Shown piece by piece: positions 19,514 through 29,821 of a stretch of 64,000 nt of DNA (positions are counted from its first letter, which is position 1; the number at the start of each line of letters is the position of its first letter). The position numbers and the translations under genes were made by a program. Source of the DNA: an uncultured Thermoplasmata archaeon. GTDB taxonomy: Archaea; Thermoplasmatota; Thermoplasmata; Lutacidiplasmatales; UBA184. The DNA is taken from contig CAVRCS010000001.1 in assembly GCA_963719635.1 (NCBI GenBank), forward strand, positions 288,756-352,755, read 5' to 3'. The notes beneath the pieces were generated by a model that did not search any database, was not told the origin of the DNA, and saw nothing but the letters and a program-made list of their open reading frames with translations.

Positions 19514-21268
19514 TCAGGGGTTCGGGAGTTCGGCCGGACGGGGCGGGCGCGCCGCCCCGGCTCCGGGGCCGAGCGCCTCGCGCACGTCCTCGCGGAGCCG
19601 CATCCGCCGCCGGGTCCGGTGGTACGTGACGGCGAACCGGTGCGCCTCGTCCCGGACCGCACGCAACAGCAGCATCGGCGCGGCGTTCGGGTTCGGCCGC
19701 ATCGGCTCGGCGCGGTCGGACCGGTACACCTCCTCCTCCCGCTTCGCGAGGCCGATCGCCGGGATCCGGTCGGCGAGCCCGAGCGCCGCCAGCGCCGAGA
19801 CCGCCGCCCCGAGCTGACCGGCCCCGCCGTCGACGAGGAGGAGGTCGGGGAGCGGCTCCCCCTCCGCAGCGCGGCGGAGGTAGCGCCGGCGGACGACCTC
19901 GGCGATCATCGCGAAGTCGTTCATGCCGGGGACCGTGCGGATGCGGAACCGCCGGTACTCGCTGCGGCGCGGGGCGCCGCGCTCGAAGACGACGAGCGAT
20001 CCAACCCCCTCCGACCCCTGGAGGATCGAGATGTCGGTCCCCTCGATCCGGTTCGGGATCGTCGGCAGGTCGAGCAGGCTCTGCAGCGCCATCAAGACCT
20101 CCCGCGGAGGCGGGCGCGCGACAACCTGGTCGACCGTCGCCCGCGCCAGGCGCTCGGCGAGCCCCGCCAGCGCGCCGAACCGGCCGCCCGGGCGGAATTG
20201 TACGTCCACGCCGCGGGAGACGAGCAGCTCGTCGAGCGTCGCGTCCACGCCGGCCGGACGGGCCCCGGCGATGACGACGACGTCCGGCAGCGAGAGCCGG
20301 CCCCCGTAGTACTGGCTGAGGAACTGGCGCAGCAGCTCCGCCGGCTCGGGGACGTCGTCGGCGGGGACGGCGAGCAGGTGCGGCTCGGTCCCTCGTACTT
20401 CCCCGTCCTCCACGTGGAGGAGTCCGATGGCGATCCGGAGCGTAGACGGGTCCTGGGGGTAGGCGACCGCGAGGACGTCCGTGCGGCCGGAGCCGCGTCC
20501 GACGACCGACTGCCGCTCGGCGAGCGCGCCCAACCCCGCGAGCGCGTCCCGCAGGAGGCCGGCCCGCTCGAACTCCTCGCGGCGGGACGCCTCCCGCATC
20601 TCCTCTTCGACCAGCGGGCGCACCGACGCGACGCGGCCGCGGAGGATCTCGGTCGCCCGGTCGACCCCGACGCGGTAGGCGTCCCGGTCGATCTTGCCGA
20701 TGCACGGCGCGCTGCAGACCCCGAGGTGGTAGTACAGGCACGCCTCCGTCGGCAGCCTCACGCACCGCCGAAGGCGGAACAGGTCGCCGAGCAGCCGCTC
20801 GACGCTCCGCGCCTCGTGGGCGCTCGTGTACGGACCGAAGAGCAGCGTGCCGGCGCGGCGCCGGGGACGCCGGACGAGCACGATCCGCGGGAACTCTTCG
20901 CCCGTGCTGACGGCGAGGTACGGGTAGCTTCGGTCGTCCTTCAGCAGGACGTTGTTCGGCGGTTGGTACTGCTTGATGAGGCTCGCCTCCAGCAGCAGCG
21001 CCTCGCGCTCGTTGGCGGTCGGGACGAACTCGACGCTCGCGCTCTGGGCGAGGATCGTCCCGTCCTTCTCGATGCGGGCCCGCAGGTGGTCAAGGACCCT
21101 GCGCCGCAGGCTGCGCGCCTTGCCGACGTAGACGACCTCCCCGCCGGGGCCGCGGAACAGGTAGACGCCGGGAGCATCCGGGCCGGCGCGGAACCCTTCC
21201 CCGGTCGCCGCCGCCAGCTCGCTCGCCGGGACGAACGAGGAGGGGAGGCCACGGCCCCGGTCGCTCAT
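19514..21268 (-). CDS. uvrC: Excinuclease ABC subunit C
   Basis: The N-terminal GIY-YIG (GVYLFRGPGGEVVYVGKA), the UVR region and the C-terminal RNase-H-like and HhH parts are present. ATG 21268 overlaps the uvrA stop (ATGA). Confidence 0.9.
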   Translation of the reverse strand: MSDRGRGLPSSFVPASELAAATGEGFRAGPDAPGVYLFRGPGGEVVYVGKARSLRRRVLDHLRARIEKDGTILAQSASVEFVPTANEREALLLEASLIKQYQPPNNVLLKDDRSYPYLAVSTGEEFPRIVLVRRPRRRAGTLLFGPYTSAHEARSVERLLGDLFRLRRCVRLPTEACLYYHLGVCSAPCIGKIDRDAYRVGVDRATEILRGRVASVRPLVEEEMREASRREEFERAGLLRDALAGLGALAERQSVVGRGSGRTDVLAVAYPQDPSTLRIAIGLLHVEDGEVRGTEPHLLAVPADDVPEPAELLRQFLSQYYGGRLSLPDVVVIAGARPAGVDATLDELLVSRGVDVQFRPGGRFGALAGLAERLARATVDQVVARPPPREVLMALQSLLDLPTIPNRIEGTDISILQGSEGVGSLVVFERGAPRRSEYRRFRIRTVPGMNDFAMIAEVVRRRYLRRAAEGEPLPDLLLVDGGAGQLGAAVSALAALGLADRIPAIGLAKREEEVYRSDRAEPMRPNPNAAPMLLLRAVRDEAHRFAVTYHRTRRRMRLREDVREALGPGAGAARPPRPAELPNP

Positions 21269-24104
21269 GCCGCGGCCCGCGGCGCGAGCTTGTGCCGCTC
21301 GAGGAGCGGGGAGAGGAACCGGCCCGTGTACGAGCGCACAGCGCGCGCGACCTCCTCCGGGGTCCCGGCGACGACGACGTGGCCGCCCGCGTTCCCCCCT
21401 TCAGGGCCGAGGTCGATCAGCCAGTCGGCGCTCTTCAGCACGTCCAGGTTGTGCTCGATGACGACGACGGTGTTGCCGCCCGCGCGGAGGCGGAAGAGGA
21501 CGGCGAGGAGCCGCTCGACGTCGGCGAAGTGGAGCCCGGTCGTCGGCTCGTCCAGCAGGTACAGCGTCCGGCCGGTCGGCGGCTTCGACAGCTCGAAGGC
21601 GATCTTGATCCGCTGCGCCTCCCCGCCGGAGAGGGTCGTCGCGCTCTGGCCCAGGTGGACGTAGCCGAGCCCGACCTCGCTGAGCAGTCGGAGCCGAGAG
21701 GCGATGCGGCGGTGGTTCTCGAAGAAGGTGAGCGCCTGGTCGACCGTCATCGCGAGGACGTCGGCGATCGTCTTGCCCTTGAAGGCGACCTCGAGCGTCT
21801 CGGCGTTGAACCGCTTGCCGCGGCACTCCTCGCAGACGACATAGACGTCCGGCAGGAAGTGCATCTCGTAGCGCAGGAGGCCGTCGCCGTCGCACGCCTC
21901 GCACCGCCCCCCGGCGACGTTGAAGCTGAAGCGGCCGGGGCGGAAGCCGCGGGCCTTCGCGTCGGGCAGGCTGGCGAACAGCTCGCGGACGGGCGTCATC
22001 AGCCCGGTGTACGTCGCGGGGTTGGAGCGGGGGGTCCGCCCGATCGCCGACTGGTCGATCAGGAGCACCCGGTCGAGCGCGTCGATCCCCTCGATGAAGT
22101 CGTGCTTGCCCGGCGACTCGCGGCCGGTGCCGAGGTGCCGGCGGACGGCGCGGTAGAGGATCTCCTCGAGGACGGTCGACTTGCCGCTCCCCGAGACCCC
22201 GGAGAACGCGACGAGGAGGCCGAGCGGGATCTTCACGTCCTCCCCCTTGAGGTTGTGCTCGCGCGGGCCGTGGATCGTCAGCCACCGACCCGCCGGCCGT
22301 GCGCGCGCCGGCGGCAGCGCGATCGACCGGCGACCGGAGAGGAACTCCCCGGTAAGGGACCGCGGCGTGCCGGCGATCTCCGCCGGCGGGCCGGAGTAGA
22401 GCAGCTCGCCACCGAGCGCGCCGGCGCCGGGACCGAGGTCGACGAGCCAGTCGGCCTCCCGCATCGTCATCTCGTCGTGCTCGACGACGAGCACGGTGTT
22501 GCCGAGGTCGCGGAGCGTCTTCAGGGTCGAGAGCAGCCGTGCGTGGTCGCGCGGGTGCAGCCCGATCGACGGCTCGTCCAGGATGTACAGCACGCCGACC
22601 AGCCCCGAGCCGATCTGCGTCGCGAGGGCGATGCGCTCCGCCTCGCCGCCGCTGAGGCTGCCGGACGCCCGGTCGAGGGAGATGTAGGTGAGGCCGACGC
22701 TCTCCAGGAACCCGAGCCGGGCCCGGATCTCCTTGACGACCTGGCCGACGATCTGGGTGTCGCGCGCGTTCAGCGCGAGGCCGCGGAACATCGTCGCGGC
22801 GTCCGCCACCGTCATCGCCGCGACCTCGGCGATCGAGTGGCCCTCTACCGTGACGGCGAGGCTCGCGGGCTTGAGGCGCCGGCCCTGGCAGGACCGGCAG
22901 CTGACGAACGACATGAACCCCATGTAGTACTCCTTCGCCCCCTCGCTCTTCGTCGAGCGCCAGCGACGCTCGACGGCGGCGACGAGCCCCTCCTTGAGGA
23001 AGCCGGTCGACCACCAGTGGGCAGGCCCGCGGGCGCCGGCCCCGATGCTCCGTTCGGAGCCGAACATCAGCGCCTTCCACCCTTTTTCGGAGAGTTCGCG
23101 GACCGGCCGGTGGAGGTCGAAGCCGAACGCCACGGCGAACCGACGCAATCCCTCGCCCCCCGGGGTGAGCCCCCAGACCGAGATCCCCGGCCGAGCGTCT
23201 TCTCCTTGTCCGGGATGATCCGCTCGGGGTCGGCGTGGAGCGTCGCCCCTATTCCCAGGCACTCGGGGCAGGCGCCGATCGGGTTGTTGAACGAGAACAT
23301 CCGCGGCGTCAACTCCTCCAGCGAGAAGCCGCACGTCGGGCACGCACGTCGGCTCGAGAACGTCGTCCGCTCCCCGGACGGGCGCCGGACGATGACGAGC
23401 CCGTCGCCGAGCTCCCTGGCCGCCGCCAGCGACTCGGCGAGCCGCGTCTCCTCCTCCGGACCGACCTCGAGCGTGTCGACGACGACCTCGATCGTGTGCT
23501 TCTGGTTCTTGCCGAGCCGGACCTCGCGTCCCGGCAGCCGGACCTCCACCCCGTCGACGACGAATCGGCGGTAGCCCGCCTTGCGGAGCCGCTCCAGCAC
23601 GTCGACGTGGGTCCCCTTGGTCCCGCGGACGACCGGCGCCAGGAGGTCGAGCTTCTCGCCGGCAGCGGTCGCTCGGACGGCGTCCACGATCCGGTCGACC
23701 GACTGCGGCGCGATCTCCTGCCCGTCGTTGGGGCAGTGCGGAACGCCGACGCGGGCGAACAGCAGCCGCAGGTAGTCGTAGATCTCCGTGACCGTCCCGA
23801 CGGTCGAGCGGGGGTTGCGGCTCCCGGCCCGCTGCTGGATCGCGATCGCCGGCGAAAGCCCTTCGATCGAGTCGACGTCCGGCTTGTCCATCTGCCCGAG
23901 GAACTGGCGGGCGTACGACGAGAGGCTCTCGATGTACCGCCGTTGGCCCTCGGCGTAGAGGGTGTCGAAGGCGAGGGATGACTTGCCGGATCCGCTCACG
24001 CCGGTGATGACGACGAACTTCCCCCGCGGGAGGTCGAGCGAGACATTCTTCAGGTTGTGCTGGCGCGCCCCGCGGATGCGGATCGCGTCGACCGGCTCGG
24101 CCAT
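21265..24104 (-). CDS. uvrA: Excinuclease ABC subunit A (frame-shifted near 23186)
   Basis: Two ABC modules ([38 protein letters not shown]) and zinc modules ([21 protein letters not shown]). The ORFs 23067..24104 and 21265..23343 join across the C-run 23185-23188. Confidence 0.9.
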
Positions 24105-24112
24105 CGGTCCCC

Positions 24113-24835
24113 TTACGCGGGCAACAGGGCGGCGACGGTAGCGGTCAGCCGCTCAAGGACGTGCGCCTGCAGCTTGCGGCCGAGCTCCGCGGTCGCCGGA
24201 CGCGTGTCGCCGATCACGCTCTCGGGCCACTCCGCCTCCGACGCCGGTCCGGGCACGAACGCACTGTGTCGGTACTCGACCTGGGGCCGCTCCGCGCCGA
24301 CCGTCTCTGGCGCGAGCGCCATCATGCGGGAGGTCTCCAGCAGCCCGGCGTGGCCGTCGGTCGTCGGCGCCTCCTTGCCCCGGAGCTCGTAGACGAACTC
24401 GTAGTCGCACAGCACGACGACGCGGACTCCGGCGTGTTCGCGCATCGTCCGCTCGCCGGCTTCGCGCAGGGCGGCCATGTGGCCGCGCTCGCCGTGCCCC
24501 GAGAGGACCAGCAGCCGACGCACCCCCATGCGCGCCAGCTCGGAGAGGACGCCCGCCACGTAGCCGCTCAGCTCCCCCATGGAGAGCGACACCGTCCCCG
24601 GGAACCGGCGGGCCGTCGGGGCGCTGCCGTACGGCACCGTCGGGGCGACGAGGGCGTCGACCCGCGCGGCGAGCGCCAAGGCGGTGACCTCTGCCTGGAT
24701 CTGGTCCGCGCCGAGCGGCAGGTGCGGCCCATGGGCCTCCAAGGCTCCGACCGGGAGGACCACGACCGGATTGTCGGCCAAGCGCCGCTCCAACGAGCGG
24801 GAGTCGAGGTCGAGAAGCCGAACGGCCCGGGGCAC
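24113..24835 (-). CDS. Creatininase-family amidohydrolase
   Basis: VVLPVGALEAHGPHLPLGAD, SGHGERGH and DGHAGLLETS are creatininase-fold metal-ligand motifs. GTG 24835 lies about 25 nt from the TATA box at 24857-24863. Confidence 0.75.
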   Translation of the reverse strand: MPRAVRLLDLDSRSLERRLADNPVVVLPVGALEAHGPHLPLGADQIQAEVTALALAARVDALVAPTVPYGSAPTARRFPGTVSLSMGELSGYVAGVLSELARMGVRRLLVLSGHGERGHMAALREAGERTMREHAGVRVVVLCDYEFVYELRGKEAPTTDGHAGLLETSRMMALAPETVGAERPQVEYRHSAFVPGPASEAEWPESVIGDTRPATAELGRKLQAHVLERLTATVAALLPA

Positions 24836-24856
24836 GTGCTGAGGAGCGGGGGTCCG

Positions 24857-24863
24857 TATTTAA
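24857..24863 (-). promoter_or_regulatory. TATA box for the creatininase-family gene (leaderless geometry)
   Basis: TTAAATA on the minus strand, centred about 25 nt upstream of GTG 24835. Confidence 0.45.
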
Positions 24864-24918
24864 CGCGCGGCGAGAGATGGCGCAACGCCCGTGCGGGCGA
24901 ACGTCGCCCGGGACGGTT

Positions 24919-27399
24919 CTACGTCTCCGACCGGGGTTCCTGCGACGTCGGCGCGGCGGTCTCTCCCGCGTCCGTGGGGCTCGCCTCGGCTGCGCCCCGC
25001 CGCGCGCGGCTCGCGCGGGGCTTGGCGGGCGAGCGGGCCCTCGGTTTGGCGGCGGTCGACCGGCGCGCCCGGGGACGGGCAGCCACGGACCCCGTGGCCG
25101 GGGCGTTCCCCTCGGCCTTCGCCGGCTTCTGCCGGCTCGGGCACGCCGGGTTGATGCACAGGGTCCACGGAGGACGGCCCGCCTCGATCGCGGTCACGAC
25201 CGGGGCGCGGCAGACCGGGCACGGCGGCTGGTCCTTTTCGAGCTTTCCCCGCTGCGGGAGCGGGTACGTCACCCGGCACGTCGGGTAGCCGGAGCAGCCG
25301 ACGAACCGCTTGGCGGCGAACGAGTAGCGGATCTCGAGCGGGTTCCCGCAGCTCGGGCAGACGCCGATGCGGAACGCCCGGTGGTGCTCCGGACACTCCG
25401 GGTTGATGCAGTACAGGTCGGGCCGCTGGCCACGGAAGACGATCTTGAGGCGGGGGACCTTGCACGTACCGCAGAGAAACTCGGGGGCCGGCTCGATGAA
25501 GCCGGCGGCGGGGAGGGCGTACGTCGCCGAGCAGCTCGTCGGGTTGTTGACGCACTGGACCCAGCGCGCCCCGCGCGGGCTGCGGGCGAGGCGGAGCGCT
25601 CCGCCGCACTTCACGCACGGCCCGACGAAATGCTGCCGGTCGAGCGCCGTGCCGAGCGTCTCCTTCACCCCGGACGTGTTCGCCGAGAGGAGGGCGTACG
25701 CCTCGCGGAGCATCTCGCGCGACTCGCTCAGGACCTCCGCCTTCGGCTTCTTCGACTCGGCCACGAGCTGCATGTCCTCCTCCAGGCGGTGCGTCATCTC
25801 CGGGCGGGTGATCAGCGGGGCGTGCGCGCGGAGCGCTTCGGTGACGGCGACGCCGGTCGAGGTCGGCTCGAGCTGCCGCTGCGTCACGTACCGCCGGTCG
25901 AACAGCTTCTGCAGCACGTCGTGCCGGGTGCTCTTCGTTCCGAGGCCGAGCCGCTCCATCTCCTGGATCAGAGAACCTTGCGTGAACCGGCGCGGCGGCT
26001 TGGTGCGGTCCTCGAGGAGGTCGACCGACTCCGCGACGATGGGGCGGCCGACCTCCAGGACCGGCATCGGGGCCTCGTCCGGCTGGGAGTACGGATAGAC
26101 GCGGTACCATCCGGGCTCGGTCGTCTTCCTCCCCTCGCCCGTGAACGGCTCGCCGCCGATCTCCACCGTCGCCGTGCGGCGCCAGCCGACAGCGTCGGGC
26201 GCAAGGGTCGCCAGGAATCGACGGACCACCAGCTCGTAGAGACGTGCCGGCTCCGGGCGCAGTTTCTTCGGGTCGACCGCGGCCGTCGGGTAGATCGGAG
26301 GGTGGTCGGTCGTCTCCGTCCGCCCGCGGGACGGATGGAACGACGGCTGCGCGAGCACGAACTCCGCGGCCGCGGCGAACGCCCCCTCCCGGAACTTCTC
26401 GGCGAGGGTCCGTAGCCCCAGTCCGCGCGGGTAGACGGTGTTGTCCGTCCGGGGGTAGCTGATCAGCCCCTGCGTGTAGAGGTCCTCGGCGTACCGCATC
26501 GCCTGGGCCGCGCCGATGCCGAGGCGTGTCGCCTCGCCGACGAAGAGCGTCGTCGAGAACGGGATCGGAGGGCGGCGCTTCGTCTCCTCCTCCAGGAAGG
26601 CGCGGACGGTCCCCGAGCGCGCGGGCCCGACCTTCGCGAAAACCGCCTCGGCCTCGGCCTTCACGTCCCAGCTGCCGTGCTCATGGCGGAGCGAGAACGT
26701 CTCCCCGTCGTGGGTGGCGGTCGCGCCGATCTGCCAGAACGGTTTCGGCTCGAACTCCTTGATCTCCTGGTCGCGCTCGACGAGGAGGGCGAGCGTCGGC
26801 GTCTGCACGCGCCCGGCGGAAAGGAAGCTCCGCCCGCGCTGGCCGGAGGTGAGCGAGAGGTACCGCGTGAGGAGAGCGCCCCAGGCGAGGTCGATCTCCT
26901 GGCGTGCCTCCCCGGCCTCCGCCAGCGCCCGGTCGACTTCGGCGAGGTGGAGGAAGCTCTGCTCGATCACGTCGCGGGTGAGCGCGCTGTACTTCGCGCG
27001 CTTCACCTCGATGGACGGGTGGACCTTCTGGAGCAGGGCGAGGCACTCCAGCCCGATCAGCTCGCCCTCGCGGTCGAAGTCGGTGGCGATGATGACGCGG
27101 TCGAACCCGCGGACGATCTCCTCGAGCGTGTGGACGATCCCGGGCTCCGTGACCCGCTTGTCCGGCACCGCCTCGAGCAGGCGCGGCAGGCCCTCGAGCG
27201 ACCATTCGGCGAACTCCTTCGGGTAGTCCAGCTCGACGATGTGCCCGCGGAGCCCGACGACCGCGAAGAGCCCGCCGTCCCGCTCGAACTCGAAGACCGG
27301 GGTCCCGCCGACGCGGGTGCGCTTCATCCGGCCGTCGGAGAGGACCACCGCGATGCGCAGCGCGGTGTTGAACTTCTCTGCCACTACGAGCGTTCGCAT
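24919..27399 (-). CDS. topA: DNA topoisomerase I (type IA) with C-terminal zinc ribbons
   Basis: TOPRIM start MRTLVVAEKFNTALRI...IIATDFDREGE, catalytic region GLISYPRTDN and several CxxC...CxxC ribbons. It ends in a basic Ala/Pro/Lys/Arg tail. Confidence 0.9.
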   Translation of the reverse strand: MRTLVVAEKFNTALRIAVVLSDGRMKRTRVGGTPVFEFERDGGLFAVVGLRGHIVELDYPKEFAEWSLEGLPRLLEAVPDKRVTEPGIVHTLEEIVRGFDRVIIATDFDREGELIGLECLALLQKVHPSIEVKRAKYSALTRDVIEQSFLHLAEVDRALAEAGEARQEIDLAWGALLTRYLSLTSGQRGRSFLSAGRVQTPTLALLVERDQEIKEFEPKPFWQIGATATHDGETFSLRHEHGSWDVKAEAEAVFAKVGPARSGTVRAFLEEETKRRPPIPFSTTLFVGEATRLGIGAAQAMRYAEDLYTQGLISYPRTDNTVYPRGLGLRTLAEKFREGAFAAAAEFVLAQPSFHPSRGRTETTDHPPIYPTAAVDPKKLRPEPARLYELVVRRFLATLAPDAVGWRRTATVEIGGEPFTGEGRKTTEPGWYRVYPYSQPDEAPMPVLEVGRPIVAESVDLLEDRTKPPRRFTQGSLIQEMERLGLGTKSTRHDVLQKLFDRRYVTQRQLEPTSTGVAVTEALRAHAPLITRPEMTHRLEEDMQLVAESKKPKAEVLSESREMLREAYALLSANTSGVKETLGTALDRQHFVGPCVKCGGALRLARSPRGARWVQCVNNPTSCSATYALPAAGFIEPAPEFLCGTCKVPRLKIVFRGQRPDLYCINPECPEHHRAFRIGVCPSCGNPLEIRYSFAAKRFVGCSGYPTCRVTYPLPQRGKLEKDQPPCPVCRAPVVTAIEAGRPPWTLCINPACPSRQKPAKAEGNAPATGSVAARPRARRSTAAKPRARSPAKPRASRARRGAAEASPTDAGETAAPTSQEPRSET

Positions 27400-27555
27400 G
27401 CGGACGGGCGTTGAGGTGGGCCCGCGTAGATAAGCCGACGGGCTTGCAAGGACAGAGAAAATGCCCCGAACGTGAGCGCGCGCGTTCGACCGGGGCCGCT
27501 CCGCCGCCCGGGATGCCTCGCGGCGATTCCGGGGTCGCGCCCGCTGAGCCGTCCC

Positions 27556-27561
27556 TTTATA
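27556..27561 (+). promoter_or_regulatory. TATA box for tRNA-Phe
   Basis: TTTATA, centred about 28 nt upstream of the tRNA 5' end (27587). Confidence 0.5.
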
Positions 27562-27586
27562 CCGGACCGGTCGTCGGGGCCGCGGC

Positions 27587-27660
27587 GCCGCGGTAACTCA
27601 GTTTGGGAGAGTGCAAGACTGAAGATCTTGAAGCCGCCGGTTCAAGCCCGGCCCGCGGCA
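27587..27660 (+). tRNA. tRNA-Phe (anticodon GAA)
   Basis: Hand-folded cloverleaf: acceptor GCCGCGG/CCGCGGC, D stem ACTC/GAGT, anticodon stem CAAGA/TCTTG with loop CTGAAGA, T arm GCCGG-TTCAAGC-CCGGC, discriminator A followed by CC. Confidence 0.9.
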
Positions 27661-27695
27661 CCTCCTTCTTCCGCGCCTACACCCCTACGAGCCCG

Positions 27696-27718
27696 CCGAC
27701 GCTCGAGCCGAGCGTCGG
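27696..27718. terminator. Perfect 10-bp hairpin between convergent tRNA-Phe and the DUF35 gene
   Basis: CCGACGCTCG-AGC-CGAGCGTCGG. It lies downstream of a T-rich tRNA trailer (CCTTCTTCC) and downstream of the minus-strand gene that ends at 27768. Confidence 0.3.
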
Positions 27719-27767
27719 GGTAGCGGTCGGCGGGCCGTAGCGCGGCCCGCGGGCTGCGCCGGAACTC

Positions 27768-28295
27768 CTAGCTCCGGTCCGGGACGAACCAGAGGTCGGT
27801 AACGAGGTACTTCGGCTTGTCGCTGAACCGCGCCACGACCGGCATCCCGACGTAGATCTCCGACTCGACACAGTCCCTCAGGCGCACGAGCAGCACGCTG
27901 CCGGCGCCCTCGAACTCCACCAGCGCCAGGTTGTACGGCGTCTCCTTCAGGAACGCCTCGCTGCCGAAGTGGCACGTCGTCCAGGAGTGGAGACGGCCCT
28001 TCTTCGGAAGCTCGAACCACGTCGTCGGCTGGCCGCAGACCATGCAGTGCGAGCGGGGGGTGGCGAAGACGAACCCGCACTTCTTCTCCGAGCACTTTGA
28101 GCCGAGGATCTTCCCGTGCGCCAGGCCGAGGAAGAACGGGGAGTCTTCGGCGTAGCTGTGGATGTAGTCGATCGAGTACGGGAACTTGATGACCAGGCTG
28201 TCGACGCCGTCCGCGTCGCGGAAGATCGCCGAGCCGGTCTTGCCGATCTCGGCCTGGATCTCGCGGAACTTGCTGAACGTCTTCGGGTCCGGCAT
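27768..28295 (-). CDS. DUF35 OB-fold/zinc-ribbon protein
   Basis: ATG 28295. The zinc ribbon CSEKKCGFVFATPRSHCMVCG is followed by an OB-like C-terminus. It sits immediately downstream of the thiolase-fold gene, 2 nt after that gene's stop. Confidence 0.8.
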   Translation of the reverse strand: MPDPKTFSKFREIQAEIGKTGSAIFRDADGVDSLVIKFPYSIDYIHSYAEDSPFFLGLAHGKILGSKCSEKKCGFVFATPRSHCMVCGQPTTWFELPKKGRLHSWTTCHFGSEAFLKETPYNLALVEFEGAGSVLLVRLRDCVESEIYVGMPVVARFSDKPKYLVTDLWFVPDRS

Positions 28296-28297
28296 GG

Positions 28298-29719
28298 TCA
28301 GAAACCCCGCTCGAGGATCGAGACGGTCACCGCCGAGCCTGTCCCCGCGTGGCTGTGGATCGCCCCACGCTTCGCGTCCTTGATCTGCAGCGTCCCGTCG
28401 CCGAAGTGCTTGTGGACCGTCCCCTGGAGCTGCCAGAAGGCGAAGACCGCCTGCATCAGGCCGGTCGCGCCGACGGGGTGGCCGCAGGCGATGAGCCCGC
28501 CGGACGGGTTGACGGGGATCTCGCCCGCCTTCGGCACCGGCAGGCCGTAATCCATCCCCTTCAGGAACGGCGCCCCGGAGAGGGTGAAGTCGTACCCCTC
28601 GCCGTACCGGCACAGCCCGAGGTCCTCGTACGTCTGGATCTCGCTGGAGGCGTAGGCGTCGTGCAGCTCGATGAAGTCGAGCTGGTGCTTCGGGTCGGTG
28701 ATGCCGGCCATCTTGTACGCCTCGAGGCCCGCCGCGCGGCCGGCCCGGAACGAGTGGACCCCGGGGTAGTCGAGGTTCGCGTAGTCGGACGCCTTCTCGT
28801 GCGGGAAGAGCGGAACCTTGCCGAACGGGCGGTCGGCGAGCCGCATCGTGTCCGTGCCGCAGCCGACCCCGGTGACCCGAACCGGCTTGTCGGTGAACTC
28901 GCGGGCGCGCGACTCGTCGCACAGGAGCACGACGGCCGCGCCGTCCGACATCGTGCAGATCTGCTCGCGGGTGAGAGGATAGGAGATCATCTCGGAGCGG
29001 AGGACGTCGTCGACGGTCAGGCGCTTCGGGTACTGGGCGTACGGGTTGTGCAGCGCGTTGCGGTGGTTCTTGACCGAGACCCAGCTCATGATCCGCTGGC
29101 CCTCGGCGATGGCGAGCCGCTGCGCCTCGCGCTCGTCCTTCACGTGGGCGAACCTGCTCTTGCGCAGGTACTCGTAGATGTGGCGGATGACCATCAGCGC
29201 GTAGTAGCCGGTGTAGAAGCCCCCGAGGGGGAAGTCGAAGTTCGTGTCGGAGGCGAGCGCGATGAACTCGTTCCCCTTCCACGTCGCGACACGGCTCATC
29301 GACTCGTAGCCGGCCGCGAGGCAGACGTCCATTCGGCCGCTCGCCACCGCTTCGTAGGCGGCCTGAAAGCACTCGCCACCGGTCGCGCCGCCCCACTCGA
29401 TCCGGACCGACCCCTTCGGGTTCAGGCCGAGGTAGTCCTGGACCATGCTGGAGGCCTTCAACTGGCGCGAGAAGTGGTCGGAGAAGTAGGAGATGCGCGT
29501 CCCGTCGATCCGGTCCTTCGTGAGGTTGGGGGTGTCGCGCGCGGCGTAGTCGTACGCACGCTTGACCATCAGGCGGAAGTCCATCGCCGGGTGCGCCTTC
29601 GCGAACTTGGTCACGCCGCCGGTGACCATGTACACCCAACGGCCGGAGGAGCTCGGCCGGGGCACCGGTAGGGCGGCAGCGTCGGTCGCGGAGGACGGCT
29701 TTGTGGAACGCGGGGCCAT
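28298..29719 (-). CDS. SCP-x-type thiolase-fold protein lacking both catalytic cysteines
   Basis: It aligns by eye along its length with the canonical thiolase at 62566..63753. NPSGGLIACGHPVGATGL is conserved. The nucleophile motif ENACASGG is replaced by EWGGATGG, and HDCF is replaced by HDAY. Confidence 0.8.
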   Translation of the reverse strand: MAPRSTKPSSATDAAALPVPRPSSSGRWVYMVTGGVTKFAKAHPAMDFRLMVKRAYDYAARDTPNLTKDRIDGTRISYFSDHFSRQLKASSMVQDYLGLNPKGSVRIEWGGATGGECFQAAYEAVASGRMDVCLAAGYESMSRVATWKGNEFIALASDTNFDFPLGGFYTGYYALMVIRHIYEYLRKSRFAHVKDEREAQRLAIAEGQRIMSWVSVKNHRNALHNPYAQYPKRLTVDDVLRSEMISYPLTREQICTMSDGAAVVLLCDESRAREFTDKPVRVTGVGCGTDTMRLADRPFGKVPLFPHEKASDYANLDYPGVHSFRAGRAAGLEAYKMAGITDPKHQLDFIELHDAYASSEIQTYEDLGLCRYGEGYDFTLSGAPFLKGMDYGLPVPKAGEIPVNPSGGLIACGHPVGATGLMQAVFAFWQLQGTVHKHFGDGTLQIKDAKRGAIHSHAGTGSAVTVSILERGF

Positions 29720-29821
29720 GCGAAAGACCTCGGCGGGCGAGCCGGGTCCGATTCATAACGTTCCCACGTCCCGGCCGAGTCCGGACGCGACGGTTTTCCG
29801 TTCGGGAGCGCTCGCCCGCCG

